Source of the DNA: Zymomonas mobilis subsp. mobilis ATCC 10988
GTDB lineage: Bacteria; Pseudomonadota; Alphaproteobacteria; Sphingomonadales; Sphingomonadaceae
Reading direction: 5' to 3'
Assembly (NCBI RefSeq): GCF_000175255.2
Contig: NC_017262.1
Location: forward strand, 1,320,001 to 1,352,000
Length of the DNA: 32,000 bases
The translations under genes were made by a program, and so were the position numbers. Below the pieces are notes generated by a model. That model was not told the origin of the DNA. It saw nothing but the letters and a program-made list of their open reading frames with translations, and searched no databases. How positions within the stretch are numbered: the first letter of the stretch is position 1; every line of letters begins with the position of its first letter. Shown one piece after another: positions 14,833-24,445 of the stretch.

Positions 14833-17237
14833 CAGATGTCACGCCAATTCTACCTTCCGCTGGATCTTCTTCGGCCTCATCTGCTTCACCCGCCAGTAGC
14901 GCACAGAAAGCGGATAAAGCTAATCCGTTTGATGATATGCTTAACTCTGTCCAGACAGTATCTGTTCCTGATACAAAAAAAATTGTTACGGATAAAAAAA
15001 CGACGGTTTCTAATCTAATAGCAGCCACTGCGCCGTCAAATACAGATAAGGGTAGTTCTACTGCTTCATCAATAAAAAGGGTAGAAACCGATACGCCCTC
15101 TAATTCTATGACGTCTTCTGTCTCGAAACAAAATTTTGTAAGTGCTAGCTCTAAAGGCAATACCAAAAAAATAGTAGATGCCCAACCTACGTTACCGGAG
15201 GTTTCAGGCAAGGACGATTTAGACAACGGTGAAGCCATTCCCCTTGCGTCATCATCAAATGATGAGATCAAGGACTCGGACTCATTGCCTTCTGTTAAAA
15301 AACTGTCTCAAAATTCAGCTGATTTACTGGCTTTTGTTGGAGTGTATGTCGATCAAGAAAATGTAGATTCAACTTCTAACTGGTTACCAGGGCAAGAGTC
15401 ATATTCTCAATCTCCAGAAATCATACCACAGGAGAATATGGGTGAAAAAACCACTCCTTTATCAGTGGGTTTATATAGCCTTAGAGATAATGATGTCGCG
15501 TCATCTGATGATGTCGAAGTTTCCGACTCTCATTCGAATAAAAATGAGTTATCAGATAATGATGACCAGCTGCAGTCAGCTGATAATGTTGTAGCTAACG
15601 CATCTATTGGTTTAACTGCTACCTTGGCAGCCGCACCTGTGTTGGCTTCTGCTGTGCAAGCGACCATTACTGGACAGAATCGTGTCGATAGTGAGGATGC
15701 TTCACTTCCACAGCCAGTGAAGAGTTTAAAAGTGCCATCGTCATCTTTGGCTAGTGACGGCTCTGCGTATCTGACTTCTGTTTCAAATACGGAATTATCC
15801 GCAACGACATCTGTTGGTTTAAAACCTAAAGCTACTTTAACTGATGATGATTCAAAATTAGCTCTGACCAATTTTTCATCGGAGCTGATGTCAACCGGAG
15901 TCAAAGACTCTGCAGGAATAACTCATACAACAGAAGATAAACCTGCCTTAGCCTTAAAAGCTGATGCTTCACCATCTGTCCTTGCGAACTTGACCTCTGT
16001 ACTTACTGACAAAGCGAATGATAGCAGCAAAAATCAGTCTTCGGATAGGGATAATCAGCCTGTTTCTGTAGCTGGTAATGTTATGATGAGTGGTAAGCTT
16101 GATGCTTTAGCACTAAGTCGGAGCGATATTTCAAACACGCCTATAACAACAGAGCTGAAAGATAGTGCAACATCCGTGCTTGAAGCGGTTGATCGGCAAC
16201 AGCCAAGTCTGATGGCTAGTGATTCAGTAACACCTGCTGCCACGATAAAAACGACAGCGCCTTCGTCTATTCCGCCATCCAATACAGTCCAAAATATGAT
16301 GGCAGTCAGTGCATCTCTTACTAAAGGGAATGATAGTCATACAAATAAGGTAGATAGCACACAGACTGTGGAGCGCAGTAGCAAACTAGCAGAAGGTAAC
16401 TTGCAAACGCTCAATCAGACTATGGATAGATCTGCTGATTTTAGTAACCAATCTGACAATGCAAACAGTATTTTTGCAGGCGATAATACGCAAAACACGG
16501 CCTATACTCCGGTGAGTAGACGTCAGCTTACAGAAATCTATCAACCAAACAATTCCACAAGCTCTGTCTCAACAGATCAAGTAAATGAAACACAGCCACG
16601 TCTTAAAAAGGATGTGGAAATTGAGAATCTACATTCTGAAGACAATGTAACAGGAAGTGAAAAGAATAATTTTTCTAACGTAATGGCATTGGCAGCCAAT
16701 ATTGTTTCTTCCAATAATGCAGTAAATCAGGATAGTAATACTATTACCTTAGGTAATTTAATGCCTAGTCAAGATCAAGCTAGCATTAATAACCAGCTTG
16801 ACTTGGTACATCAAGGCCTATGGCTCGATCAATTGACGCGTGATATTGCTACTGCGTCAGGATCTAACAGTAATCTGACTTTTAATTTACATCCGGATCA
16901 TCTTGGTATGCTACATGTATCCATCCAATCAGCGGGTGATGGTGTAGCTGTTCATATGACAGCGAGTAGCGAAGCTGCTCAGTCTATTATCGCAGGGGCT
17001 CGTCATGATTTAATGAATGAAGCTCATGCCCAAGGAGTACATATTACAGATGCTCGGATTGATTTAAACAGCCAGACAATGTCCCAACAATCGGGGCAAA
17101 ATGGCCAGCCGTCTCATCAACAAATGGCTGATCAACAGCGATCTGCTGTGACGGCTCCGATAACTAACAATACAAGAAATGAACAACCGGACGATGATCT
17201 TGCTGAAGAGCAAAAAAATCGTGCGCGTTACGCTTAA
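14829..17237 (+). CDS. fliK: flagellar hook-length control protein FliK, unusually long (802 aa)
   Basis: C-terminal Flg_hook-type domain LDQLTRDIATASGSNSNLTFNLHPDHLGMLHVSIQSAGDGVAVHMTASSEAAQSIIAGARHDLMNEAHAQGVHITDARIDL, followed by a Gln-rich tail. The long Ser/Thr/Asn/Asp-rich central region looks disordered. N-terminal NPFDDMLNSV resembles the FliK N-terminus. Confidence 0.85.
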   Translation: MTDVTPILPSAGSSSASSASPASSAQKADKANPFDDMLNSVQTVSVPDTKKIVTDKKTTVSNLIAATAPSNTDKGSSTASSIKRVETDTPSNSMTSSVSKQNFVSASSKGNTKKIVDAQPTLPEVSGKDDLDNGEAIPLASSSNDEIKDSDSLPSVKKLSQNSADLLAFVGVYVDQENVDSTSNWLPGQESYSQSPEIIPQENMGEKTTPLSVGLYSLRDNDVASSDDVEVSDSHSNKNELSDNDDQLQSADNVVANASIGLTATLAAAPVLASAVQATITGQNRVDSEDASLPQPVKSLKVPSSSLASDGSAYLTSVSNTELSATTSVGLKPKATLTDDDSKLALTNFSSELMSTGVKDSAGITHTTEDKPALALKADASPSVLANLTSVLTDKANDSSKNQSSDRDNQPVSVAGNVMMSGKLDALALSRSDISNTPITTELKDSATSVLEAVDRQQPSLMASDSVTPAATIKTTAPSSIPPSNTVQNMMAVSASLTKGNDSHTNKVDSTQTVERSSKLAEGNLQTLNQTMDRSADFSNQSDNANSIFAGDNTQNTAYTPVSRRQLTEIYQPNNSTSSVSTDQVNETQPRLKKDVEIENLHSEDNVTGSEKNNFSNVMALAANIVSSNNAVNQDSNTITLGNLMPSQDQASINNQLDLVHQGLWLDQLTRDIATASGSNSNLTFNLHPDHLGMLHVSIQSAGDGVAVHMTASSEAAQSIIAGARHDLMNEAHAQGVHITDARIDLNSQTMSQQSGQNGQPSHQQMADQQRSAVTAPITNNTRNEQPDDDLAEEQKNRARYA

Positions 17238-17249
17238 CAGGGGATGTAA

Positions 17250-17819
17250 GTGAGCGAAGATAACGCGAAATTGCCCAAAAAAGGCGGTTTATTAAAATCT
17301 ATTGGGAAAATCCTGATTTTAGTAGTGATTATTGTCGTGCTAGTTGCTTTGGGCAGTGTTGCAGGCGGGTATTTCTTGCCCAGATACATGCCAGCTATCT
17401 TTGCGCCCGCGACGGCTAATAATAAAGCCGCAGCATCAAAGGCTGATGAAAATTTACCTAAAAAAGTACCTTTGGATGAAAAAGATGCTTCTTCAGGTCA
17501 ATTTAAGGCCAGCTATTTTGCTTTTGATAAGCCCTTTATCTCAAATGTGCAGAATAGCGGCAATCTGGTGCAAATCGGTATTGGCATTTCAACCTATTAT
17601 GATGATAGGGTGATTAATAACGTCAAAAAAGACGAACTGCCGATTAGATCAGCCATCTTGATGACTATCTCCAATCAGGACAACCAGACAATATCGACAG
17701 AAGCCGGTAAGAAACAACTTCAGAATCAAATTAAGGATGTTATCAATAATGTTCTTAAGGATAAAGAAGGCTTTGGTGGTGTTGACAGCGTCTATTTTAC
17801 AAGTTTTCTTATCCAATGA
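17250..17819 (+). CDS. fliL: flagellar basal-body-associated protein FliL
   Basis: GTG start with SD AGGGGA 7 nt upstream. Has a single N-terminal TM segment (ILILVVIIVVLVALGSVAGGYF) followed by a FliL-like domain (YFAFDKPFISNV...SAILMTISNQ...LQNQIKDVINNVL). Confidence 0.85.
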   Translation: MSEDNAKLPKKGGLLKSIGKILILVVIIVVLVALGSVAGGYFLPRYMPAIFAPATANNKAAASKADENLPKKVPLDEKDASSGQFKASYFAFDKPFISNVQNSGNLVQIGIGISTYYDDRVINNVKKDELPIRSAILMTISNQDNQTISTEAGKKQLQNQIKDVINNVLKDKEGFGGVDSVYFTSFLIQ

Positions 17820-18814
17820 GTAAATCCTCGAAATCTCCAAAAGATCAGGAAGAAGCAACTTCCTTGTCCGGCGCAGAAATGGATGCCCTGTTGGCCGAGT
17901 TGGGGGGCGATGATATCGAAGAAGAATCTCCACAGGAAAAAACGGAGTTCGTCTTTGGTCAGGAAACCCTCAATCCTATCGTCCGGATGGCTGGACTGGA
18001 GCGGATCGCTGAAAAATTGGCACGTAGGTTAAGGCTTATTATTGAGCCTTTTGCTCGTGCTCGTACCCAAGTAACGGTTGACGGCGTCGATATCCATCAT
18101 TTTGAAAAATGGCGGCGGGATTTACCAGAGTTTGTTAGCATTAGCCTGTACCGTTTAGCCCCGCTGAAAGGTGGTGCTATGATCGTTATGGATCCCCAGT
18201 TTATTACCGGATTGGTTGATGCTTTTTATGGCGGCACTGGTATTGTTACCCCGTCTCGCGCCAAGGAATTTACACCTGCAGAAGAGAGGTTACTCGTCCG
18301 CCTATCTGACACGATTGCAGATAGCGTTGTTGAATCTTGGTCTGATGTTGTGCAGTTGCAGTCTCAGTTTCTATCGAGAGAGACGAACGGTGCCTATGTT
18401 ACTATGATACGGAATGATGAAGCTGTTGTTGTACAACGCTTTACAATTGTTCCCGGTAATGGTCGTGCTGCCAGAATATCAATTGTCTATCCTCGGGCGA
18501 CGCTTCGGCCTTTCGAAATGCATCTTGACACAAAAGTGCATGATGATGCGGGGCCCGCTGATGAAAATTGGACGAAGCGGATGCGGCTGGCGGCCTCTGC
18601 CATCCCTATTCCTATTAAAACAATTTTGGCTCGTCCTCAGATTACTATGGGGCAACTAAAAAATTTAAAGGTCGGAGAAGTTATTCCGATTGAAATGCCG
18701 GAGCAGCTCCCTTTGATTGCTGGCACAAAAAAAATTGCTTATGGCAGCATAGGGGATCGTGACGGGAAAACTGCTTTATTGATTGAAAAGCTTGAAGAGG
18801 AGCCGGAAATATGA
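17816..18814 (+). CDS. fliM: flagellar motor switch protein FliM
   Basis: N-terminal CheY-P-binding-like LSGAEMDALLAE, a central FliM domain, and a C-terminal SpoA-like region (LKVGEVIPIEMPEQLPLIAGTKKIAYGSIG). ATGA overlap with fliL. Confidence 0.92.
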   Translation: MSKSSKSPKDQEEATSLSGAEMDALLAELGGDDIEEESPQEKTEFVFGQETLNPIVRMAGLERIAEKLARRLRLIIEPFARARTQVTVDGVDIHHFEKWRRDLPEFVSISLYRLAPLKGGAMIVMDPQFITGLVDAFYGGTGIVTPSRAKEFTPAEERLLVRLSDTIADSVVESWSDVVQLQSQFLSRETNGAYVTMIRNDEAVVVQRFTIVPGNGRAARISIVYPRATLRPFEMHLDTKVHDDAGPADENWTKRMRLAASAIPIPIKTILARPQITMGQLKNLKVGEVIPIEMPEQLPLIAGTKKIAYGSIGDRDGKTALLIEKLEEEPEI

Positions 18815-19122
18815 GTGATGAATCGACAGCAAAAGGAAGTAAATCAGCAAAATCTAATCGTACCAAAGATTTAGGTCTTCTATCTGATATTCCTGTCAAG
18901 ATGTCACTTGAAGTTGGCTCTACGTCTTTATCTTTGGCAGAGTTGTTAGACCTTGCTGAAGGTAGTGTTGTTGAGCTAGATCGTCAGGCTAACGAACTAT
19001 TAGATGTGGTGGTAAACGGTAAGCTAATTGCCAAAGGTGAAGTTGTAACGGTTAATGGTCGCTTTGGCGTGCGGATTGTTGATGTTGTTTCTAACGAAAA
19101 CAATTCAGTCGGGGATGATTGA
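18811..19122 (+). CDS. fliN: flagellar motor switch protein FliN
   Basis: SpoA domain IPVKMSLEVGSTSLSLAELLDLAEGSVVELDRQANELLDVVVNGKLIAKGEVVTVNGRFGVRIVDV. Confidence 0.95.
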   Translation: MSDESTAKGSKSAKSNRTKDLGLLSDIPVKMSLEVGSTSLSLAELLDLAEGSVVELDRQANELLDVVVNGKLIAKGEVVTVNGRFGVRIVDVVSNENNSVGDD

Positions 19123-19439
19123 TCACCATGATCGGCGGCTATCTCCTCCATATGATGATTCCGCTAATCATTGTTACCGGATTAATAATACTGTCTCTCT
19201 GGCTACTGAAGAAATTCAACCTATTGCCATCCTTGCAAGCAAATTTTCCGCAGAAGGGAAGTGCAATAAAGCTGATTGAAACCCTTCGGTTAGGTCGTAG
19301 ACAGCAACTGGTTGTCATTGAATTTTCTAATAAAAAATTATTATTGGCAGTAACAGATACAAAAGTCAGTTGTTTATCCGAAACTGATAAATCACCATCT
19401 TTCTCTTTACCTGATATACCCGAAATAGGGGATAAATAA
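19119..19439 (+). CDS. fliO: flagellar biosynthesis protein FliO
   Basis: Single TM segment (MMIPLIIVTGLIILSLWLL) followed by IKLIETLRLGRRQQLVVIEFSNKKLLLAVTDTKVS, the typical FliO core. The start is ambiguous: TTG 19119 (track) or ATG 19128. Confidence 0.78.
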   Translation: MITMIGGYLLHMMIPLIIVTGLIILSLWLLKKFNLLPSLQANFPQKGSAIKLIETLRLGRRQQLVVIEFSNKKLLLAVTDTKVSCLSETDKSPSFSLPDIPEIGDK

Positions 19440-19443
19440 TCTA

Positions 19444-20394
19444 ATGGCGGCCGCTAATTATAAACAGCCTATCACTGTTTTTCCTGATCAATGGGAGAAA
19501 AAACAGTTTGAAAAATTGAGCAATTCAAAAATACGGCTTTTTCTAATTGGTTCATTATTTTTCTTATCCCCATTGGCACCTGCAATGGCGCAACATGCGC
19601 CAACAGCGCCTCATGCTTCCGCTGCAGCAAAATCATCGGTGGTTTCTCAACCAAAACCTCCGGCACCACCAATGCCACCTTCTTCACCGGCAAATGATCG
19701 CAATGCGGGAGCCAGTAGTGCCGCATTTAGTAAAGGAATGAATACTTTCCTCAATAATGGGAAGCCGCTGACTCTATCGCTGCAAATCTTATTGCTGATG
19801 ACTTTAATGACGGTGCTGCCGTCTATCATCCTCATGATGACGAGCTTTACCCGCATTATTATTGTGCTGTCATTATTACGTCAGGCGATAGGCTTGCAAC
19901 AGACGCCGCCTAATCAGGTATTGATTGGATTAGCCTTATTTCTTTCACTCTTTGTGATGCGACCAGTTTTAGATCAGATCAATACAACGGCTTTTTCTCC
20001 CTATGGTCGGGGCGAAATCCAAATAGAAGAAGCTATTATGCGTTCTGGTACGGCTTTGCATGGTTTTATGACTAAGCAGACCCGTAAAAATGATCTGCAG
20101 CTTTTTACAGATTTGGCTCACCATCCACGCTATGAAAATGCAGAATCTATTCCCTTTACTGTGTTGGTGCCTTCATTCGTAACCAGTGAGTTAAAGACCG
20201 CTTTTGAAATCGGATTTCTGATTTTTTTGCCTTTTATTATTATTGATATTGTCGTGGCTTGTACATTAACGGCTTTAGGTATGATGATGTTGTCACCACA
20301 AATCATTTCTGCACCGTTTAAATTGCTATTATTTATTATGGTCGATGGTTGGGCTTTAACAGTCGGCTCTTTGGCAGGGTCATTTATTCAATGA
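19444..20394 (+). CDS. fliP: flagellar export apparatus protein FliP, with signal peptide and a Pro-rich N-terminal extension
   Basis: Conserved core LLMTLMTVLPSIILMMTSFTRIIIVLSLLRQAIGLQQTPPNQVLIGLALFLSLFVMRPV and FLIFLPFIIIDIVVACTLTALGMMMLSP. Signal-peptide-like RLFLIGSLFFLSPLAPAMA-Q, then QPKPPAPPMPPSSP. Confidence 0.95.
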   Translation: MAAANYKQPITVFPDQWEKKQFEKLSNSKIRLFLIGSLFFLSPLAPAMAQHAPTAPHASAAAKSSVVSQPKPPAPPMPPSSPANDRNAGASSAAFSKGMNTFLNNGKPLTLSLQILLLMTLMTVLPSIILMMTSFTRIIIVLSLLRQAIGLQQTPPNQVLIGLALFLSLFVMRPVLDQINTTAFSPYGRGEIQIEEAIMRSGTALHGFMTKQTRKNDLQLFTDLAHHPRYENAESIPFTVLVPSFVTSELKTAFEIGFLIFLPFIIIDIVVACTLTALGMMMLSPQIISAPFKLLLFIMVDGWALTVGSLAGSFIQ

Positions 20395-20666
20395 GCAGCG
20401 ATCCCGATTATTTCATTGGTGTCGCCCAACAGGCGATGTGGATTACAGCCTTGGCTATTGCGCCGATATTGATACCGGCTTTGTTAATTGGCCTCTTTAT
20501 TGGTATGATACAGGCAGCAACCTCTCTTAATGAGCAGATATTAAGCTTTTTACCAAAACTGGTTGTTATTGCTCTAGTTTTAGCTTTATTCGGTGGCAGC
20601 ATCTTTGGCTTGATTGTTGATTTCATGCATGAAACCTATGGTCGAATTCCAGATTTAGTGCGCTAA
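20391..20666 (+). CDS. fliQ: flagellar export apparatus protein FliQ (91 aa)
   Basis: Conserved GMIQAATSLNEQILSFLPKLVVIAL. I use ATG 20391 (ATGA overlap with the fliP stop, typical FliQ length) rather than the track's 20349, which lies inside fliP. Confidence 0.93.
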   Translation: MSSDPDYFIGVAQQAMWITALAIAPILIPALLIGLFIGMIQAATSLNEQILSFLPKLVVIALVLALFGGSIFGLIVDFMHETYGRIPDLVR

Positions 20667-20673
20667 TGAGTGC

Positions 20674-21477
20674 TTGGCGATGATACCCGCGCATCTTGCA
20701 GAAATAGAGAATTATCTCTGGATCTGGTTAATTGCTTTGCTACGCCCTGGAGCTGCTTTTGTAGCAGCACCGTTATTGGGGGCAAATGCTTTTCCAGTAA
20801 CGGTGCGTGTTATGCTTGCATTAGCAGTAGGTTTACCGTCAGTTATGGACGCCCATTTGATTTTACCTGATTCTGGACTGGTTTCTTTTACAGGATTATT
20901 TCTGGTGGTAGGGGAAATCATTACAGGTATTGCCATAGGCTTCGCTGTTCAGATTGGTTACGCTGCTGGATACTGCACCAGTGAGTTAATTGGTAATGCT
21001 ATGGGGCTAGGATTCGCTTCTATGATCGATCCTGTCAACGGTAGCAATTCTAACGTTTTAACCCAAATTTTTACTATTTTGGGGGCTTTCTTCTTTCTGG
21101 CTGCCGATGGCCATTTACTTTTGATTCGTATTATTGTCGAAAGTTATCAGACAATGCCTGTTGGAGGTCCTGGACTGAATAATCAGCTTTTCTTAAAGCT
21201 AACCCAATTTGCGGGGCAGCTTTTTTCGATAGGCATGCTGATTGCTTTGCCCGTGACATTTTCAATTATTCTTATTCAAGTCATGATGGGTTTTCTGTCG
21301 AGAACAGCTCCAGCCCTTAATCTTTTTGCAGTAGGCATGCCGATGGCGCTTATCATTGGTATTTTATTAATCGCTATTTCTGTCCCAGCGATTAGTGAAG
21401 GTGTTATTGATGCTATTCGCTCTGGTCTTGATATGGCCGATAAGCTAGCAAAAACGGGGGCGGGACATGGCGGATAG
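20674..21477 (+). CDS. fliR: flagellar export apparatus protein FliR
   Basis: Polytopic membrane protein with LLRPGAAFVAAPLLG and GFLSRTAPALNLFAVGMP signatures. Position is between fliQ and flhB. The start is TTG 20674 (track) or ATG 20680. Confidence 0.92.
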   Translation: MAMIPAHLAEIENYLWIWLIALLRPGAAFVAAPLLGANAFPVTVRVMLALAVGLPSVMDAHLILPDSGLVSFTGLFLVVGEIITGIAIGFAVQIGYAAGYCTSELIGNAMGLGFASMIDPVNGSNSNVLTQIFTILGAFFFLAADGHLLLIRIIVESYQTMPVGGPGLNNQLFLKLTQFAGQLFSIGMLIALPVTFSIILIQVMMGFLSRTAPALNLFAVGMPMALIIGILLIAISVPAISEGVIDAIRSGLDMADKLAKTGAGHGG

Positions 21478-22609
21478 TGACGTCGATCAAGACCAAAAAA
21501 CCGAGGCACCTACTCAAAAACGTTTAAGAGAGGTTGCTGAAAAAGGGGATGTCCTCCAATCAAAGGAATTGGGGATTGCCTTTGCGATGTTGGCCTCTTT
21601 GGCATGGTTTTTAATGATTAGTCATAGGATGGTTTATGACTTAGGCATCATGCTAAAAATGGGACTCTCTTTCGATTTTAATGCTTTTAGTAAATTTGAT
21701 CCTTTCTCGGTCTTTATCCGTCTGATTACTTGCATTATTCTGCCTTTTTCGATGCTGTTTGTTCTGATGGCTTTTGCTGCAATTGCAGCGCCAGCAGTAT
21801 TGGGATCTTTAGGCTTTAGATGGGAAGCCTTGAATTTTAAACCTGAAAGACTGAATCCTATTGCCGGTTTTTCCCGTGTCTTTGGCATGCAAGGGCTTTT
21901 TGAGCTCGGCAAGTCGATTGTAAAAGTCCTTCTGATAGGAAGCCTCGGACTTTGGATTTTATGGCAACGCCTGCCTGTCATTATGCAATTGGGCCGTCAC
22001 GACTTAAAAGCAGCGATAAACGAAATTGGGCATATATTTTTGATATTGGTATTGGTGATGTCGGTAGCTTTGGCTGTCGTTGCTGCAATTGATGTCCCTA
22101 TTCAGATTTTTCGACGTAATCGCCGTCTCCGTATGAGTAAACAAGAAATTAAAGATGAACATAAACAGACAGAAGGCTCTCCTGAAATAAAAGCAGCAGT
22201 TAGACAAAGACAAATTGCTGTGTTTCGGGCTTCTAATCGTAAGGCTGTGCAAGATTCTACTGTTGTTATTACGAATCCGACTCATTTTGCTGTGGCCTTA
22301 AAGTATAAGGCTGGAGAAGATATTGCGCCTATTGTGACAGCAAAAGGCATAGATGAGCTGGCGCTAGCTTTACGGGAAATGGCGGATGAAAGCGATGTTC
22401 CTGTTTTGCATTATCCGCTTTTGGCGAGAGCTATCTATTTTACGTCCAATTCTGGTGAGTTGATACGGGAAGAGTTATACAAAGCTGTTGCATCTATTTT
22501 AGCTTTTATCTTTCGCTTGAATGCTGGAGAGGAAGGTCTAACGCTGCCTGTTATTGATGTTCCAGAAGAAGTCCGTTTCGATGAAAATGGCCATCAGGCA
22601 AAAAAATAG
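21467..22609 (+). CDS. flhB: flagellar export switch protein FlhB
   Basis: N-terminus DQKTEAPTQKRLREVAEKGDVLQSKEL, four TM segments, and the autocleavage motif VVITNPTHFAVAL. Overlaps the fliR end by 11 nt. Confidence 0.97.
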   Translation: MADSDVDQDQKTEAPTQKRLREVAEKGDVLQSKELGIAFAMLASLAWFLMISHRMVYDLGIMLKMGLSFDFNAFSKFDPFSVFIRLITCIILPFSMLFVLMAFAAIAAPAVLGSLGFRWEALNFKPERLNPIAGFSRVFGMQGLFELGKSIVKVLLIGSLGLWILWQRLPVIMQLGRHDLKAAINEIGHIFLILVLVMSVALAVVAAIDVPIQIFRRNRRLRMSKQEIKDEHKQTEGSPEIKAAVRQRQIAVFRASNRKAVQDSTVVITNPTHFAVALKYKAGEDIAPIVTAKGIDELALALREMADESDVPVLHYPLLARAIYFTSNSGELIREELYKAVASILAFIFRLNAGEEGLTLPVIDVPEEVRFDENGHQAKK

Positions 22610-22663
22610 ACCGAAAAAACAAAGAACCAAACAGACCAAAGATTATGATTGGTTGGTAATATT

Positions 22664-22689
22664 TAACTTTAGGCCTCTTCTGTCGTTAT
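22664..22689 (+). promoter_or_regulatory. weak candidate sigma-28 (FliA) promoter for fliD-fliS
   Basis: TAACTTTA-N10-GTCGTTAT compared with TAAAGTTT-N11-GCCGATAA: 5/8 and 5/8 matches, and the spacer is one nt short. It lies in the only gap (101 nt) after flhB. Low confidence. Confidence 0.25.
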
Positions 22690-22710
22690 GAAGGGTGAAA
22701 GGATTGTTTT

Positions 22711-24405
22711 ATGACAAGCTCAACTTCTGGCGTAACATCTACATCCTCATCGACGGCAGCGACCACGGCGGCAACAACGTCTTCGTCTTCTACGTCTACC
22801 TTGTCTTCTATCTTGACAACTTTGGGTGCTGGGTCAGGTCTTGATACCACAAATTTAGTTAATGAGCTTGTCGCTGCGTCTCAAGATCCAATCCAACAAC
22901 AATTGGATACGCAAAGCACAACCAACTCCAATCGGATATCAGCTTTAGGCACTATTACTTCTGATCTTAGTGCTTTAAACACTTCTTTATCTTCTTTGGT
23001 AAGTGGGGGGTCTCTTTTAACGCAGCCTAGCGTTTCTGATACCTCTGTTTTAACCGCAACTGCTGAAAGCGGATCGAGATTAAGCAACCTTTCTGGATCT
23101 ATTAAAGTTGAGCAGTTAGCACAGGCACAAAGTATTAGCACAACAGCTTATGATAGCAGCAAGACCTTTGATGCTGGCACGCTCACTTTTACAAACAGCT
23201 ATGGTAGTGCAACAGTTCCAATTGATGCCGGTTCATCGCTTTCAGATGTAGCCAAAGCTATCAACAAGAAGCAGGCTGGTTTTACGGCTACAGTTTTAAC
23301 CCAGTCGTCTGGCCAGCAACAGTTGATGATTACCGGTATGACCGGTGACGCTTATGGTTTTAGCGTATCCGGTTCAGGTGGTGCTTCTGATATCAATTAT
23401 GATAAAAGTGCCAATAGTGGTAGCATGACTGTCAATGTTGCCGCGCAGGATGCCAAGCTTTCTTATAATAATGTTGAGGTTACTCGTAGTTCTAATACAT
23501 TTGATGATTTGATTTCGGGTGTTAGTATCAATTTGAAATCGGCTTCATCACAACCCGTGACTTTGGGATCAACGCGTCAGACAAGCAATGTTCGGCAGGC
23601 GGTTCTTAACTTTGTCGATGCTTATAACGAGCTTTATTCTGATATCAGCACTAATACCGCGATTGGAACATCTTCAAGCAGTGCTGGTGCGTTGGCTAAT
23701 GATGCTGGGGTACGTACTCTTAAAAGTTCTCTGAACAGTATGATTAACCAGAAGCTGTCTTCGACTGGCAGCTATTCGACTTTAGGCGAGATTGGTGTTT
23801 CTATCAATCGTGATGGAACGTTGACGGCTGATACAACGCAATTGGATACAGCCCTGGCAAATGATCCCGATTCTGTTGAAGCCCTATTCAACCCGACCCA
23901 AAGTACGAGTAATTCAGCGGTTTCTATTACCAGTAGCATTGGTAAGGTTACACCGGGTACCTACAAACTGTCTGATGTGACTTATGATGAATCCGGTAAT
24001 ATTACCGGTGCCAAGTTGAATGGTAAGGACATGCTGGTCTCGGGGAAAAGCTTGATTGCTTCTTCTGATTCCACTGCCGCGGGTTTGGTCTTAAAAATTA
24101 GTGGTACGAGTGTTACTGATTCGACGATTTCAATTGATGCTGGGGTCGGAGGTGCTGTTAATCAGCTTTATACTCAGATGACCTCTTCTGGCGGAGCTCT
24201 AACGGCCAGTAAGAATACTTATACGAAGGTAGCTTCCGCTATTACTCAGAAGGAAACCGATCTTACTTCCAAAATGAGCACGTATCGGACTAGATTGACG
24301 ACACAATTTACAGCTATGAATACGGCGGTTTCTGGCTATAAATCGACCTTGAGTTTCCTGAAACAGCAGATTTCTCTGTGGACGAAAGACAGTTCTAGTA
24401 GCTAG
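22711..24405 (+). CDS. fliD: flagellar filament cap protein FliD (HAP2) with a 30-aa Ser/Thr N-terminal extension
   Basis: Canonical FliD N-terminus LSSILTTLGAGSGLDTTNLVNELV begins only at residue 31. C-terminus YRTRLTTQFTAMNTAVSGYKSTLSFLKQQISLW. SD AAAGGA lies 8 nt before ATG 22711. Confidence 0.93.
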   Translation: MTSSTSGVTSTSSSTAATTAATTSSSSTSTLSSILTTLGAGSGLDTTNLVNELVAASQDPIQQQLDTQSTTNSNRISALGTITSDLSALNTSLSSLVSGGSLLTQPSVSDTSVLTATAESGSRLSNLSGSIKVEQLAQAQSISTTAYDSSKTFDAGTLTFTNSYGSATVPIDAGSSLSDVAKAINKKQAGFTATVLTQSSGQQQLMITGMTGDAYGFSVSGSGGASDINYDKSANSGSMTVNVAAQDAKLSYNNVEVTRSSNTFDDLISGVSINLKSASSQPVTLGSTRQTSNVRQAVLNFVDAYNELYSDISTNTAIGTSSSSAGALANDAGVRTLKSSLNSMINQKLSSTGSYSTLGEIGVSINRDGTLTADTTQLDTALANDPDSVEALFNPTQSTSNSAVSITSSIGKVTPGTYKLSDVTYDESGNITGAKLNGKDMLVSGKSLIASSDSTAAGLVLKISGTSVTDSTISIDAGVGGAVNQLYTQMTSSGGALTASKNTYTKVASAITQKETDLTSKMSTYRTRLTTQFTAMNTAVSGYKSTLSFLKQQISLWTKDSSSS

Positions 24406-24445
24406 TGGAAACGTCAAGGGCTTGGGAGGTTATAAACCGTAGAAG

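Noticed and set aside
14810-15271. 153-aa minus-strand ORF
   Set aside because: Antisense to the 5' part of fliK. Its open frame is explained by the biased Ser/Asp/Thr codon usage of fliK.
20349-20390. Track's upstream ATG for fliQ (105 aa)
   Set aside because: The extra 14 codons lie inside fliP. ATG 20391 gives the typical ~90-aa FliQ and an ATGA stop/start overlap.
22801-22803. In-frame TTG that would give FliD a canonical N-terminus
   Set aside because: It has no SD-like purine run upstream, whereas ATG 22711 has AAAGGA at ideal spacing. It is kept as an alternative in the FliD finding rather than used as the call.
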